Positions 47,532 through 57,791 of a stretch of 64,000 bases of DNA are shown in pieces. The notes under the pieces are model-generated. The model worked only from the letters and a program-made list of their open reading frames with translations. It was not told the origin of the DNA and searched no databases. Position 1 is the stretch's first letter, and the number at the start of each line of letters is the position of its first letter. The stretch comes from Polyangiaceae bacterium (GTDB lineage: Bacteria; Myxococcota_A; Polyangia; Polyangiales; Polyangiaceae). The translations under genes were made by a program, and so were the position numbers. The DNA lies in contig JBILLK010000037.1 of NCBI GenBank assembly GCA_044376115.1, positions 1 through 64,000 on the forward strand, given 5' to 3'.

Positions 47532-47660
47532 ATTCGCACTTGCCTAGCTCGGTACCCGCGCGACCCGATACGCCGCGTTTGATCGCTCATGCGCCTTAGC
47601 GGCTCAACCGAGAGCGAGAAAGCGATTCCGCCGAAGGCGGATGCAGTGAGTCATTCTACT

Positions 47661-47737
47661 TGGGGTGAGTAACGGGGCTCGAACCCGCGACAACCGGTAC
47701 CACAAACCAGTGCTCTACCAACTGAGCTATACCCACC
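47661..47737 (-). tRNA. tRNA-His (GTG)
   Basis: G-GTGGGTA...CTGGT-TTGTGGT-ACCGG...GGTTCGAGCCC...TACTCAC-C-CCA; G-1:C73 identity pair and encoded CCA. Confidence 0.97.
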
Positions 47738-47822
47738 GTGCCGTTACCAGCGCGCGGCATCATACTGACCTTGGCGTACCAAGCAACCCCAAATCTTCAT
47801 TTGAGGGGCTTATCGACCAAGC

Positions 47823-48893
47823 CTAGAGGCGCCACTCGGATTTCAGCAGCGAGCGGGTCTCGGCGATCTCGAGGGCGTGGGACGAGGCGAGCGGCTGCTT
47901 CGTTCCTTCCTCCCAGCTCTCGAGCCCCAACATGGCGCTCACGGCGGCCTCCAGGCTGGTTTCGAGCCCTTCGAGATCGTACCCACCTTCGAGGAACAGC
48001 GCCATTCGGCCTTTGGCGGTCGCGTCGGCGAGCTTGCTGAGCTCGCGCGCCATCCAGCCGAAACCCGCCGCGCTCACCGTCATCCCGGCCAAAGGGTCGC
48101 GCGCATGCGCGTCGAACCCAGCCGAAACGAGGATGAGCTCGGGCTCGAAGCGCCCAACCACAGGCAAAACAACCTGCTCGAAGGCCGAGCGGTAGGTGAC
48201 GTCACTGGCGTCCGCCGAGAGCGGAACATTCACCGTGAAGCCCTTGCCTTCCCCCGTTCCAACCTCGCTCGCGCGGCCCGTGCCCGGGTAAAACGGGTAC
48301 TGGTGCAGCGAGACGAAGAGCACGTTGGGATCAGCGATGAACGCCTCCTGAGTGCCGTTTCCGTGATGTACGTCCCAGTCGACGATGGCTACCCGCTCGA
48401 TGCCGCGGGCGCGGGCGTGGCGCGCTGCAAGGGCGACGTTGTTGAGCAGACAAAAGCCCATCCCTCGATCCGGGCGAGCGTGATGGCCGGGCGGTCGCAA
48501 CAGCGCCAAGCCCTTGTTCAACTCCGCTGGGCCGAGCAGCGCGTCCACCAGCGCAAGCGAGCCGCCCGCTGCTCGGTAGGCAGCTGCGACCGAACGCGGG
48601 GTCAAGTAGGTGTCGTCGTCGAGCGCTGCAAATAGGCCGTTGTTGCGCTCCAAAAGCTCAACGTAGGCCTCGGCGTGAACACGCAAAATTTCGTCCGGCT
48701 CGATGTCACGAGCGCCTTGCTTGACCAGCTCGATGCCGCGTGCGCGGCAGGTCTCCACCGCGCGCCTCGCTGCAACCAGGCGCTCCGGACGCTCCGGGTG
48801 ATAACCGCGCGCCCGATGTTCGTCGAAGAGCGCGTCATCCACGAGGGCCAGCCGTGACGGACGCGGTTCATTGGGCTTGTCCGGAGGGGTCAC
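47823..48893 (-). CDS. Histone deacetylase-family (Zn-dependent deacylase) protein
   Basis: HPERPERL, RPPGHHA, GFCLLNNVA, DWDVHHGNGTQ, SAGFDAH..DPL, EGGY. Confidence 0.95.
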   Translation of the reverse strand: MTPPDKPNEPRPSRLALVDDALFDEHRARGYHPERPERLVAARRAVETCRARGIELVKQGARDIEPDEILRVHAEAYVELLERNNGLFAALDDDTYLTPRSVAAAYRAAGGSLALVDALLGPAELNKGLALLRPPGHHARPDRGMGFCLLNNVALAARHARARGIERVAIVDWDVHHGNGTQEAFIADPNVLFVSLHQYPFYPGTGRASEVGTGEGKGFTVNVPLSADASDVTYRSAFEQVVLPVVGRFEPELILVSAGFDAHARDPLAGMTVSAAGFGWMARELSKLADATAKGRMALFLEGGYDLEGLETSLEAAVSAMLGLESWEEGTKQPLASSHALEIAETRSLLKSEWRL

Positions 48894-49238
48894 GGCTTCC
48901 TCATCAGTGTGCGGTGGCCCTTCGCATGACTTGCAGTGCGGATCAAACGACTCTTGCCGTATGGAATGACGAGCGGGCTTACGGCCGTTCTTCTCGAAGG
49001 CGGCACGACTCGTATGAATGCGCTTGCTCGCTAGCGAGCCACGAATGGGCTCGCAGCGTCTCAAACGAGCGCACAAATCAGGCGTTGTGCGTGGTTGGCG
49101 AGGAACATTGTTGCAATAGGAGTCGCCTGATAACGTGGGGCGCGTGCCTTCTGCCGTCAGCCAAGAGAACCGCCGAAGGCCTCATGACTGCCGAGCTCAC
49201 GCTCAACACCTTTCTGGGTGCAGAGGAGATCGTTCCGG

Positions 49239-50684
49239 ATGCGTCTGAAGATCGTCGCTATCTTTTCGTTGGTCGTGCTCGCCGTCGCCGGGTTGGCCTT
49301 TGCGCTTTCACGCGCGGCCGTTACCGCCATGGTGGCACCGGACGCTGCTGCGGCACCGCGCACGCTCGAGGCTGCCAGTGCACAACTGCAGGTCGAGGGG
49401 CTATCGACTGAACGCTGGCTTTCCGGTCGAGCCGCGGACCCCTCCGTGCGCGAGCCGTTTGCTGCAGGAACGGCCAATGCTCGCTCCGAGGCGGCAACGG
49501 GCGTCGCTGACAAGATCAACGAGGCTGCCGCAAGCGCAACCGAGCTCTTTGGCATCCGTGCTTCGCTGGTGTTGCTGGTGGACGCTCAGGGCGTGGTGCT
49601 CGGTCGCAACGGCTCGAAGCAGCTCCGTGGGGACAACCTCGCTGCGGCTTACCCCTCGCTGAAGGCGGCGCTCGAAGGTGGCGTGGCTTCCACCGATATC
49701 TGGGTCAATCGCGAACGCAACGAGCAGCTTTTCGCCTCTTTTGCGCCGGTTCGCGCGGCAGACGGCAAGATCGTCGGCGCGGTCGTATTTGCCAGCTCAA
49801 TCACCGATGAGCGTTTGACGTCCGCGAGCGAGAAGACCAGCGGCAACGCCATCGCCATCGCCGTCAAGTCGGGCAACGCGCTGGAGTTGGTAGCAAAGTC
49901 CAACGGCTTCTCCGGCGAGCTGGCCAGCGCGGTCGCTCAGAACCAGGCTGCGGAGGCTGGCATGCAGGCGTTCAGCGCCGCCAAGGCCGTTGACCTTCCC
50001 GGGCTGCCGGCAGGCCACGTGGGCTTGGCTCGCGCGCTCGGCGGCTACGGGGACGGCAAACGCGCTGTGTTGATCGCGATCAGCGCTCCACCCGCGAAGA
50101 GCGTCGCTTCCACGCTGCTATGGCCTTCTTTTGGTGCGGCGCTGTTCGGGCTGCTGCTCGCTGTGATCGCCGGCTACTTGATGGATGCGTATTTGTCCAA
50201 GCCGGTGGCTGAGATTGAAGACGGCCTGCTAGCGATCATGAACGGTCAGACCAACCGTCGCTTGGATCTCGAGCACGCGGTGCTCGGCGGCATCGTGTTT
50301 CGCATCAACTCGCTCTTGAACCAGCTGTTCGGCGTGTCGGAGGACGACACCGATGAGGAGGGCCGGCCGTCGCGCGCACCCAGCGCGAAGGGGTTGACCG
50401 CCGCACTCAGCGTTGACGAGCGGGTGGTTACGCAAGCCGCGATCGATCCGAGTGGTTCGCTCTTCAGCGAATCGGTGGAGGCGTACCACAAGCGCGTCTT
50501 CGACGAGTACCTGACGGCCAAGCGTGGTGTCGGTGACCCGACGGATCACATCACCTTCGCCGACTTCCTCGAGCGATTGCGTTCGAGCGAGGCCGAGATG
50601 ACGCAGAAGACCGGAAAGCCGGTGCGCTTTCGCGTCGAGCAGCGTGAGAAGGAAGTCGCGCTCGTAGCGATCACCGAGAGCTGA
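49239..50684 (+). CDS. Membrane protein with Cache-like extracytoplasmic domain, HAMP-like linker and MXAN_5187-type C-terminal domain
   Basis: Two TMs; APVRAADGKIVGAV; C-terminal VFDEYLTAKRGVGD...ITFADFLERL...VRFRV pattern recalled for myxobacterial MXAN_5187-family proteins. Confidence 0.7.
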   Translation: MRLKIVAIFSLVVLAVAGLAFALSRAAVTAMVAPDAAAAPRTLEAASAQLQVEGLSTERWLSGRAADPSVREPFAAGTANARSEAATGVADKINEAAASATELFGIRASLVLLVDAQGVVLGRNGSKQLRGDNLAAAYPSLKAALEGGVASTDIWVNRERNEQLFASFAPVRAADGKIVGAVVFASSITDERLTSASEKTSGNAIAIAVKSGNALELVAKSNGFSGELASAVAQNQAAEAGMQAFSAAKAVDLPGLPAGHVGLARALGGYGDGKRAVLIAISAPPAKSVASTLLWPSFGAALFGLLLAVIAGYLMDAYLSKPVAEIEDGLLAIMNGQTNRRLDLEHAVLGGIVFRINSLLNQLFGVSEDDTDEEGRPSRAPSAKGLTAALSVDERVVTQAAIDPSGSLFSESVEAYHKRVFDEYLTAKRGVGDPTDHITFADFLERLRSSEAEMTQKTGKPVRFRVEQREKEVALVAITES

Positions 50685-50701
50685 GCGCCTGTGCAAATTG
50701 A

Positions 50702-50728
50702 GCTGACCAGCCGCTAGCGCTGGTCAGC
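50702..50728. terminator. Hairpin between convergent genes
   Basis: GCTGACCAGC-N7-GCTGGTCAGC. Confidence 0.5.
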
Positions 50729-50756
50729 CCGCTCGATCGCTCGCGCCTAGGCGCGG

Positions 50757-51680
50757 TTACTTCCCGGGGACGCGGACGAACTCTTCCAAGTTCGGCACCA
50801 AGGTCACCTCGATACGACGGTTCTTCTGCTTCGTCTCCGGCGCGTCATTCGCCGCCACCGGATCGAACTCACCGTAGCCCGCCGCCGATAGGTTCTTGGC
50901 GAGCACCTTCGCGTCGATGAAGATTTTGACGACCTCCACGGCGCGCGCGGTGGAGAGCTCCCAATTGGACGGGAACTTCGGCGTGGAGATGGCGACGTTA
51001 TCCGTGTGGCCGGCGACCTGGAACTGACGGTCCGGCATGGCGGCGAGCACCTTGCCGACCTCGGCCAAGGTGTCCCGGCCTTCTTTACGAACCTCCGCCT
51101 TGCCGGAGTCGAAGAGCACGTCGGTCGGCAGCTCGATCACCATCCGGCCGTTGCGCAAAACCACCTTCAATTTGCCGGCGTCGGCGAGCTTCTGGAAGCG
51201 CTTGATCAGCTCCTGAAACTGCGCGACGCGCGCCTCGGATGCGGCCTGTTGCTTGCGCAGCTCCTCGAGTTGCTTACGCGTGTCCGTTAGGGCCTGCGTC
51301 AAGCTGCCCTTCTCGGTGGAGAGCTGGTCAAGGCTGACGCCTGCCGACTTGAGCCGCTCCTGCAGCGCTACGTTCATCACCGAAATTTCGTCGAGCTTGC
51401 GAATGAGTTCCGCTTGGGCGACGTTGGCTTCTTCAATCTTGCCGTCGCGGCTGCGCATCTCGGCTTGGATGCGAGCCACATCGTTTTGTGCGGCTTGAAG
51501 CTTGCGCGCCAGGTCTGTGGAGCGATTGCGCTCGAACTGGAGGTCGGCGAGCGCTTGGGTGTAGAGCTCTTTCTTGACGCAGCCGACCAGACTTGCGCAG
51601 GTGAGTCCGACCATGACTCGTGCCAAGTTGATGGTCCAACGGGGCCTTCGGCCGTTTGTCTGCTGCAGGCCACGAGTCAT
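50757..51680 (-). CDS. OmpA/MotB C-terminal peptidoglycan-binding lipoprotein with long coiled coil
   Basis: LVGC lipobox; VLFDSG, GHTDN, SNWELSTARA, GYGEFDP, KNRRIE; start uncertain. Confidence 0.88.
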   Translation of the reverse strand: MTRGLQQTNGRRPRWTINLARVMVGLTCASLVGCVKKELYTQALADLQFERNRSTDLARKLQAAQNDVARIQAEMRSRDGKIEEANVAQAELIRKLDEISVMNVALQERLKSAGVSLDQLSTEKGSLTQALTDTRKQLEELRKQQAASEARVAQFQELIKRFQKLADAGKLKVVLRNGRMVIELPTDVLFDSGKAEVRKEGRDTLAEVGKVLAAMPDRQFQVAGHTDNVAISTPKFPSNWELSTARAVEVVKIFIDAKVLAKNLSAAGYGEFDPVAANDAPETKQKNRRIEVTLVPNLEEFVRVPGK

Positions 51681-51751
51681 TCTGTTTACTGCATCCACCT
51701 TCGGTGGAATGAACGCTCCGCGGGCTCTAGAGAACATGGGAGACTCCTAAC

Positions 51752-54079
51752 ATGGCGAATGACTCGTGCCAAAGTTCGATGGTTCAAGGGGCCTCCGGCC
51801 ATTTTTTCGGAGAAGGCACGAGTCATTTTGTTTGCTGCGTCCGCCATCGGCTCTCCGCTGCGTTGCTCGCGACGAGCCTCAGCGGGCTCGCGCTGCTCGT
51901 TGCATGTTCGGACGCTGGGCGCGTCGGGTTGCCCCCGGCCCATTCCACCGCCACGCCCGGTGAAACCGCTCAGACGAGCGTTGCTTCGAGCGCAGCCACC
52001 GCGCCGGTCGCGGAGGCTGCGCCGGCCTGGGTCGAGCTCGTTCGACTCGAGCGTTTCCGCGAGGCGCATAGCGCGCTCGAGCAGTTGGATGACGCTGCTA
52101 AGTCGAGCCCCGAGATGCGTTTTCTACGTGCTCGTGTGGCGAAGGAGGCAGGTGAGCCCAAGCTGGCCTACGCACTCACCGAGGGCCTGACGTTGCCCAT
52201 GTTCGCCGATGAAGTGCTCGCCCTGCGCGCGGAGGCCGCGCTCGAGGTTGGGCCCTATGCAGACGCGATCGTTTACTACGAGAACCGTGGCTCCGCGGGG
52301 GACTTGGTCAACGCTGCGCGGGCGGCGCTGCGTGGCAAAGATGCAGCGCGCGCGCTGGCGCTCGCTGACCGCGCGTTGGTTTCGGCGCAGAAGTCGAAGC
52401 GACTGACGGATGAACGCCGAGCCCACGATCTCCGTTGCAAGGCGCTGCACGAGAAGAATGAAGACGCCAAGGCCGTCACCAGCCTCAAATGGCTCGCCAC
52501 GCGCTTTCCCAACACGCGTGAAGGCAAAGACGCGCTCGCTCAACTTCCGCCCGCCGCGCTCAGCGACAGCGAGAAGCGCGAGGTGGTCGATTCGCTGATT
52601 GAGGCCGGCGCAGGCGCCGAAGCGCTCTCGCGGCTGAAGCTCTACGCCGACGTCTTCAAGAAACCGGAGCTCGCGCATCTCACGGCCATGGCCGAATACA
52701 AGGCGCGCAAATACAAGGCGGCCGCAGACGCCTTCCTGGCTGCCGCGCGCCATGATTCGCCCCGCACGGCCGAGCAACTCTATTACGCGGCTCGATCGCT
52801 CGCGCGCAGCAAGCGCGAAGATGAAGCACTCAAGCGCTACGCCGAAGTCGAGAAGCGCTTCAAAAAAGGGACGTGGGCCGAACGAGCCAGCTATCAGCGC
52901 GCATCGCTGCTGCAGTCGCAAGGCCGCTACGAGGACGCGGTGAAGGCCTACACCACCTTCTTGGCGAAGTTCAGTAAGAGCGCAGATCGCGATGAGGCCG
53001 AATACGGCCTGGCTCTGTCGCTGCTCTCGGCCAACAAGCCCGCCGACGCGCAGAAGGTGTTCGCAAAGATGGCCGAGCGCGCCAAGAAGACCGATTGGGG
53101 CTTCTTCAAAGAGCTCGAGGGTGTGGCCGCCATGCGAGCGAAGGATGAAGCCGCCGCCACGCGCCTGTTCAACGAAGTCGCACGCGAGCAGCCGCTGACC
53201 TGGGCCTCAGCGATGTCGCGCGCGCGGCTCGAGCAGCTCGGTAAGCCGCTCCCTCCGCTGATCGGTAAGGCCGAAGGCGGGCAAGCTCTCCCGCTGCCGG
53301 TGGTGCTCCCAGCCAAGGCACGCACGCTCTTGTCGCTGGGGCTCGACCGCGACGCCGAGGCTTGGCTCGCCTCCAATGAGTCCCTTGCAAGCCAGCCGTA
53401 TCCCGCGCGCGAGACCGAGGCCCTGTGCGCGATGTACGGGCAGCTTTCGCGCGCCAAACGCCGCTACAAAGTCGGGTCGCAAGCCGTGAGCTTCGAGAGC
53501 TTGATGCGCGCGCCCGCTCCTCAAGAGCGTTGGTCTTGGGAGTGCCTCTACCCTTCGCCGTACTTGTCGCGCGTTCGCGAGCTCGAGCAACAGCGCAATC
53601 TCCCCTCTGGCCTGATCCACGGGGTGATGCGGCAAGAGAGCACGTTCGACCCGGACATTCGCTCGCCGGCAGGCGCGATGGGGCTGATGCAGCTGATGCC
53701 GACGACCGCCGAGGAGGCTGCTCGCGAAGCGAAGCTCGAGAACTTCCGTGCAGACGACGTGACCGTCCCGGAGGTCAACCTGCAGCTCGGCAGCTTCTAT
53801 CTCGCCAAGATGCTGCAGAAGTTCGAGGGCAACGCGGCGCTCGCTGCCGCGGCCTACAACGGCGGGCCGCAAGCCGTGTCGCGCTGGGTGGAAACGGCGA
53901 AGGAGCTCGAAGCGGACGTGTTCGTCGCGCGCATCCCCTTCGAGGAAACGCGCAACTACACGATGAAGGTGATGACCAACCTACAGCGCTACCAATGGCT
54001 CGCGGGAGGGGAGGCCGCCGTCGCACCGCTCTCGCTCAACCTGCCGTCGAAGACGTCGGTTGGCGAAGAAGACTACTGA
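51752..54079 (+). CDS. Soluble lytic transglycosylase (Slt-type) with TPR repeats
   Basis: MRQESTF, GAMGLMQLMP, AAYNGG, IPFEETRNY; TPR-like helices; true start likely downstream. Confidence 0.92.
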   Translation: MANDSCQSSMVQGASGHFFGEGTSHFVCCVRHRLSAALLATSLSGLALLVACSDAGRVGLPPAHSTATPGETAQTSVASSAATAPVAEAAPAWVELVRLERFREAHSALEQLDDAAKSSPEMRFLRARVAKEAGEPKLAYALTEGLTLPMFADEVLALRAEAALEVGPYADAIVYYENRGSAGDLVNAARAALRGKDAARALALADRALVSAQKSKRLTDERRAHDLRCKALHEKNEDAKAVTSLKWLATRFPNTREGKDALAQLPPAALSDSEKREVVDSLIEAGAGAEALSRLKLYADVFKKPELAHLTAMAEYKARKYKAAADAFLAAARHDSPRTAEQLYYAARSLARSKREDEALKRYAEVEKRFKKGTWAERASYQRASLLQSQGRYEDAVKAYTTFLAKFSKSADRDEAEYGLALSLLSANKPADAQKVFAKMAERAKKTDWGFFKELEGVAAMRAKDEAAATRLFNEVAREQPLTWASAMSRARLEQLGKPLPPLIGKAEGGQALPLPVVLPAKARTLLSLGLDRDAEAWLASNESLASQPYPARETEALCAMYGQLSRAKRRYKVGSQAVSFESLMRAPAPQERWSWECLYPSPYLSRVRELEQQRNLPSGLIHGVMRQESTFDPDIRSPAGAMGLMQLMPTTAEEAAREAKLENFRADDVTVPEVNLQLGSFYLAKMLQKFEGNAALAAAAYNGGPQAVSRWVETAKELEADVFVARIPFEETRNYTMKVMTNLQRYQWLAGGEAAVAPLSLNLPSKTSVGEEDY

Positions 54080-54080
54080 G

Positions 54081-54950
54081 GTGCGACTCGCCCTGCGAAC
54101 GTGCGTGGCGAGCTTGCTCGCCCAAGTGGTCGCTTGCTCGTCCGGCGCATCTTCGCAACGAGCGGATGCGTTGCCTGCGCCGCCGTCCACCGCGACTGGC
54201 GCTGCGAGCCCGGGTGAAAGCGGCCCCAACGCAGTCTCCGCGCTGGCGGTGACCAACGCCGGTCGGGAGCTGCCGGTGACGCGGGTTTTCTCCCAGCGGC
54301 TTCCTTATTCGGACGCCGTCACCTTCACCTTCGTGGACCGTAACGACGTTGATTGCAGCTCGCTGCCGCGCGCCGGTGCTCCCGGCTTCGTCGCCTCGAT
54401 GCTGGTCAGTCGCTACTTGAGCTCGGAGCGCGGCGAACCTTCGCGGAGGCCGTTGCGGATCAAGCACTTCACCGTCGGGCGCCAGCAGGTCGACGGGCCT
54501 TTCGACTTGCTCGAGCCGTTCATCGAGCCGACGACGGCGACGCTGATGTTTGGGGAGGTCCGCGCCGCCGCTGCGACGGTCGCGATTCGCGGCAAGGTGC
54601 AGGCGGAAGTTTGCCTCCCGCCGCCTGCGGAGGGGAAAGACAACGTCGCTGCGGACTTTTTACTTAGTTATTTAGGTGTGCGGCTGCGCGTGCGCGGCGC
54701 AACGCTAAAGAACGGCGTGCTCCGGCTCAGCACCGCGCCGCTTACCTGCAGCGACGAAGTGCAAGGGGACTTCGAGGTGCGGCTGCAAGGCGAGACCGTC
54801 GCCATTGATGGTTGGGCTAGCCCGCGCAGCAGCGCTTTTGTCGGCAAAGCTCAGCTGAGTCGGCGCGGCAGCGAACACCTACTGAAGGTCAACGGCACGC
54901 TCGGCGGGCCGCTCGTGCTCGAGGGCGCCGTCACCCCGCTTGGCTGCTAA
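54081..54950 (+). CDS. Hypothetical lipoprotein
   Basis: Starts 1 nt after the slt stop; VVAC lipobox. Confidence 0.6.
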   Translation: MRLALRTCVASLLAQVVACSSGASSQRADALPAPPSTATGAASPGESGPNAVSALAVTNAGRELPVTRVFSQRLPYSDAVTFTFVDRNDVDCSSLPRAGAPGFVASMLVSRYLSSERGEPSRRPLRIKHFTVGRQQVDGPFDLLEPFIEPTTATLMFGEVRAAAATVAIRGKVQAEVCLPPPAEGKDNVAADFLLSYLGVRLRVRGATLKNGVLRLSTAPLTCSDEVQGDFEVRLQGETVAIDGWASPRSSAFVGKAQLSRRGSEHLLKVNGTLGGPLVLEGAVTPLGC

Positions 54951-54953
54951 TGC

Positions 54954-56345
54954 TTAATTGCGCCCGGGCGTCTTCAGCGGCGGCTTCTTCGGCTTGACGA
55001 TGCCAGTGCTGCTGGGCTTGCTGCCGACGGGGCGAGGTAGCGGTGTTGCGGTGGTCGATTTCGCGGCGGAGGCGCTGGTAGAGGGGGCTGTGGAGGGCGC
55101 CGCGGAGGCCTCAGGCGGCGCGCTCTCAAGCGCGCTTGCGGTTTGGCTCGCTGCGGTGGGTTTGCTGGAGGAGGGCGCTTCGCTCTCGTCTTCCTCCGCT
55201 CCCTCGTCTGCGACTGCGTTGCGTTGGCTGCTCTGCGATGGCGGGCCCCAAAAGTAGAATGCACCGGCTGCCCCGACCGCGAGCATCATCAACCCAAGCA
55301 GCACCACCAAGCCTGTGTTGACCGGATTGCGCGCAAGTCCCGGAGCCGCGGTCTTGGCAAAGGCTTTGTCGGTGCCTGCGCCGGCCGAAGGCGAGGCGCC
55401 CCTCGCGCCCAGCTGCCGCTCCGGCGCCGTTCGCTCTTCGCTCACGAGCGCGGCTGCGCTCGCGTGCGGCGGGTCCTCTCCGCGCAGCACCGCCCGTACG
55501 TCGGCTTGCATGGTGACCGCGTCGGGGTAACGGCGGTCCCGATCGAACACCAGCGCTCGGTCGATCAGCTTGGCCAAGCGTGGATTGATCGTCGGCGACA
55601 CGAGGAGGACCGACGGAGCCGGCGTCGAGCCCATCTTCATCAGCAGCTCGGCGTCCGTTTCGGCCTCGTGAATGCGGCGCTTGGTCAGGATGCGAAACAT
55701 GGTTGCGCCGATCGCGAACAAGTCCACGCGGCCATCGACGGGCTTGGCGTGAATCTGCTCGGGCGCCATGTACGGCGTGGTCCCGAGCATCGCGCCGGTG
55801 CGCGTTCGAACTCCACCGCCGCCACTCTCACGCATGCGCGCGATCCCGAAGTCGAGCACCTTGACCTGGCCTTCACGCGTGATGAACAGGTTGTCCGGCT
55901 TGATGTCGCGATGCACGATGCCAGCGGCGTGCGCTGCGATCATCACGTCGAGCACGCCGTCCACGTAGCGCAGCAGGTCCTCCTCGGCGATGTTTCCCAA
56001 GCGATAGGCGCGCTGCCCGAGCGACTCCCCGTTGAGCAACTCCATCACCATGAAGGGCGCGCCGTCTTCCGTCGCGTCCACGTCGAAGACTTGCACTGTG
56101 CCCGGGTGACCGAGCTTCGCGATGGCTTGGGCCTCTTGCTCAAACCGTGCGCGCAACTCTTTGGAAACGGCGATCTGCGGGTGCAGGATCTTGATCGCCG
56201 CTTTGTGCCCGAGCTTGTGTGTGGCCGAGTACACAGCGGCCATGCCGCCGACTCCCAAGAGCGAATCCAGCTTCCAGGTTTCGCGCACGGTGGTTCCCAC
56301 CCGTGCTTGGGAGATCTCGAGGTCCTCGTTGTCCGAGCCGGACAT
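54954..56345 (-). CDS. Membrane Ser/Thr protein kinase
   Basis: LGVGGMAAVY, HRDIKPDN, DFG, YMAPE; TM and low-complexity tail. Confidence 0.95.
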   Translation of the reverse strand: MSGSDNEDLEISQARVGTTVRETWKLDSLLGVGGMAAVYSATHKLGHKAAIKILHPQIAVSKELRARFEQEAQAIAKLGHPGTVQVFDVDATEDGAPFMVMELLNGESLGQRAYRLGNIAEEDLLRYVDGVLDVMIAAHAAGIVHRDIKPDNLFITREGQVKVLDFGIARMRESGGGGVRTRTGAMLGTTPYMAPEQIHAKPVDGRVDLFAIGATMFRILTKRRIHEAETDAELLMKMGSTPAPSVLLVSPTINPRLAKLIDRALVFDRDRRYPDAVTMQADVRAVLRGEDPPHASAAALVSEERTAPERQLGARGASPSAGAGTDKAFAKTAAPGLARNPVNTGLVVLLGLMMLAVGAAGAFYFWGPPSQSSQRNAVADEGAEEDESEAPSSSKPTAASQTASALESAPPEASAAPSTAPSTSASAAKSTTATPLPRPVGSKPSSTGIVKPKKPPLKTPGRN

Positions 56346-56465
56346 GGCGTCGCAGGCTAGTCCATCGGGCCTGAAGTTTCTTGAACCGATCGCTGCCTCG
56401 CACGAGCTCAGCCGAATTGAGGTTTTGCGCGATGTTGGGTTGACAAACCGTCGGCACGGTGGCTC

Positions 56466-56484
56466 TATTGACCAGAGGTCAATA
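56466..56484. promoter_or_regulatory. Perfect palindromic operator immediately before the MBL hydrolase start
   Basis: TATTGACC-AGA-GGTCAATA, 1 nt before ATG 56486. Confidence 0.65.
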
Positions 56485-56485
56485 T

Positions 56486-57727
56486 ATGGGTTCGATCCGC
56501 GAGGTCTCGGAGAAGCTGCTGTCTGGTGCTCTGAACCCCGAAAAGTACCCGCCGATGGCGCCAAGGTTTGAACGCGAGGAGGTCGCTCCAGGGGTGCACT
56601 TCGTCTCGGCCTTCGCCAACGTCGTGGCCTTCGAGACGGCGGACGGCCTGGTGATGGTCGATGTCGGGAGCTTCCTCTTCTCCGAGCAGACCCGCGAGGT
56701 GTTGCGTAGCCACGTGAAGGCTCCGCTGCATTCGGCGATCTATACCCACGGCCACGTGGACCACTGCTTCGGCGTCGAGCTGTATGAGGCGGAGCCTGAA
56801 GCGAAGCCGGTGCAGATCCTTGCTCACTCCGCAGTGAAGCGCCGATTTGACCGCTACAAGCTTACGCGCGGCTACAACACGCATATCAACCAACGGCAAT
56901 TCCAGGTCGGGCACGAGTTCCCGGGGGAGTTCCGCGAGCCAACCATCACCTTCGAGGAGACGTTGGAGTTCAGCGTCGGCGGCCGCACCTTTCAGCTGCG
57001 TCACTCGCTCGGTGAGACCGATGACCACGCTTGGGTTTGGGAGCCACAAAGCAAAGTGTTGTGCACCGGCGACCTCTTCATTTGGGCGTCACCAAACTGC
57101 GGTAACCCGCAGAAGGCCCAGCGTTACCCGCGCGAGTGGGCAGCCGCCTTGCGCGAGATGGCGGCGCTCGAGCCCGAGGTGCTATGCCCTGGTCACGGCG
57201 TACCCATCTGGGGAAAGCAGGCCGTGAACGCAGCGTTAGTCAACACCGCCGACTACCTGGATTCGCTGGTGAACGACGTGCTCGCGTTGCTCAATCAAGG
57301 GGCGCGTTTGGATACGATTCTGGCGGAGGTGAGCGCGCCCGCAGAGCTCGCGAAGCTGCCTTATCTTCGGCCGGTCTACGACGAGCCCGAGTTCATCGTG
57401 CGCAACATCGTCAGGTTGTACGGCGGCTGGTGGGACGGCAATCCGGCCCAGCTCAAGCCCGCCCGCGAGGAGGCGCTCGCGCGGGAGCTCAGCCGCATGG
57501 TCGGCGGCGGCAGTGTGCTAACGCAACGCGCCCTTCGGCTGCGCGACGAAGGTGATCTCAAGCTCGCGTGCCATCTGATCGAGATCGCCGCGGCTGCAGA
57601 GCCGGATAGCGCCAGCGTCTTCGAGGCGCGGTCGGCCATCTACGCGGCCCGCGCGAAGGGCGAGATTTCGCTGATGGCGCGCGGAGTTTTCTCCTCGGCC
57701 GCTCAAGAAAAGAGCGGGCGCAAGTAG
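56486..57727 (+). CDS. Alkyl-sulfatase-like metallo-beta-lactamase-fold hydrolase
   Basis: YTHGHVDH, GETDDH, TGD, PGHG, YGGWWDGNPAQLKP (dimerisation region). Confidence 0.9.
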   Translation: MGSIREVSEKLLSGALNPEKYPPMAPRFEREEVAPGVHFVSAFANVVAFETADGLVMVDVGSFLFSEQTREVLRSHVKAPLHSAIYTHGHVDHCFGVELYEAEPEAKPVQILAHSAVKRRFDRYKLTRGYNTHINQRQFQVGHEFPGEFREPTITFEETLEFSVGGRTFQLRHSLGETDDHAWVWEPQSKVLCTGDLFIWASPNCGNPQKAQRYPREWAAALREMAALEPEVLCPGHGVPIWGKQAVNAALVNTADYLDSLVNDVLALLNQGARLDTILAEVSAPAELAKLPYLRPVYDEPEFIVRNIVRLYGGWWDGNPAQLKPAREEALARELSRMVGGGSVLTQRALRLRDEGDLKLACHLIEIAAAAEPDSASVFEARSAIYAARAKGEISLMARGVFSSAAQEKSGRK

Positions 57728-57791
57728 CGCGACGCTTGAAGCTCCTGAGAAGCTCCACCGTCGGCTCACGAAGGGCTCACATCGGTAGGCT

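Noticed and set aside
47661..47737. tRNA-His as an island integration site
   Set aside because: No integrase and no duplicate of the tRNA 3' end noticed in the window.
50757..51680. MotB-like protein as the flagellar stator
   Set aside because: Only the C-terminal PG-binding domain matches; no TM helix with the conserved Asp, a lipobox instead, and no motA neighbour.
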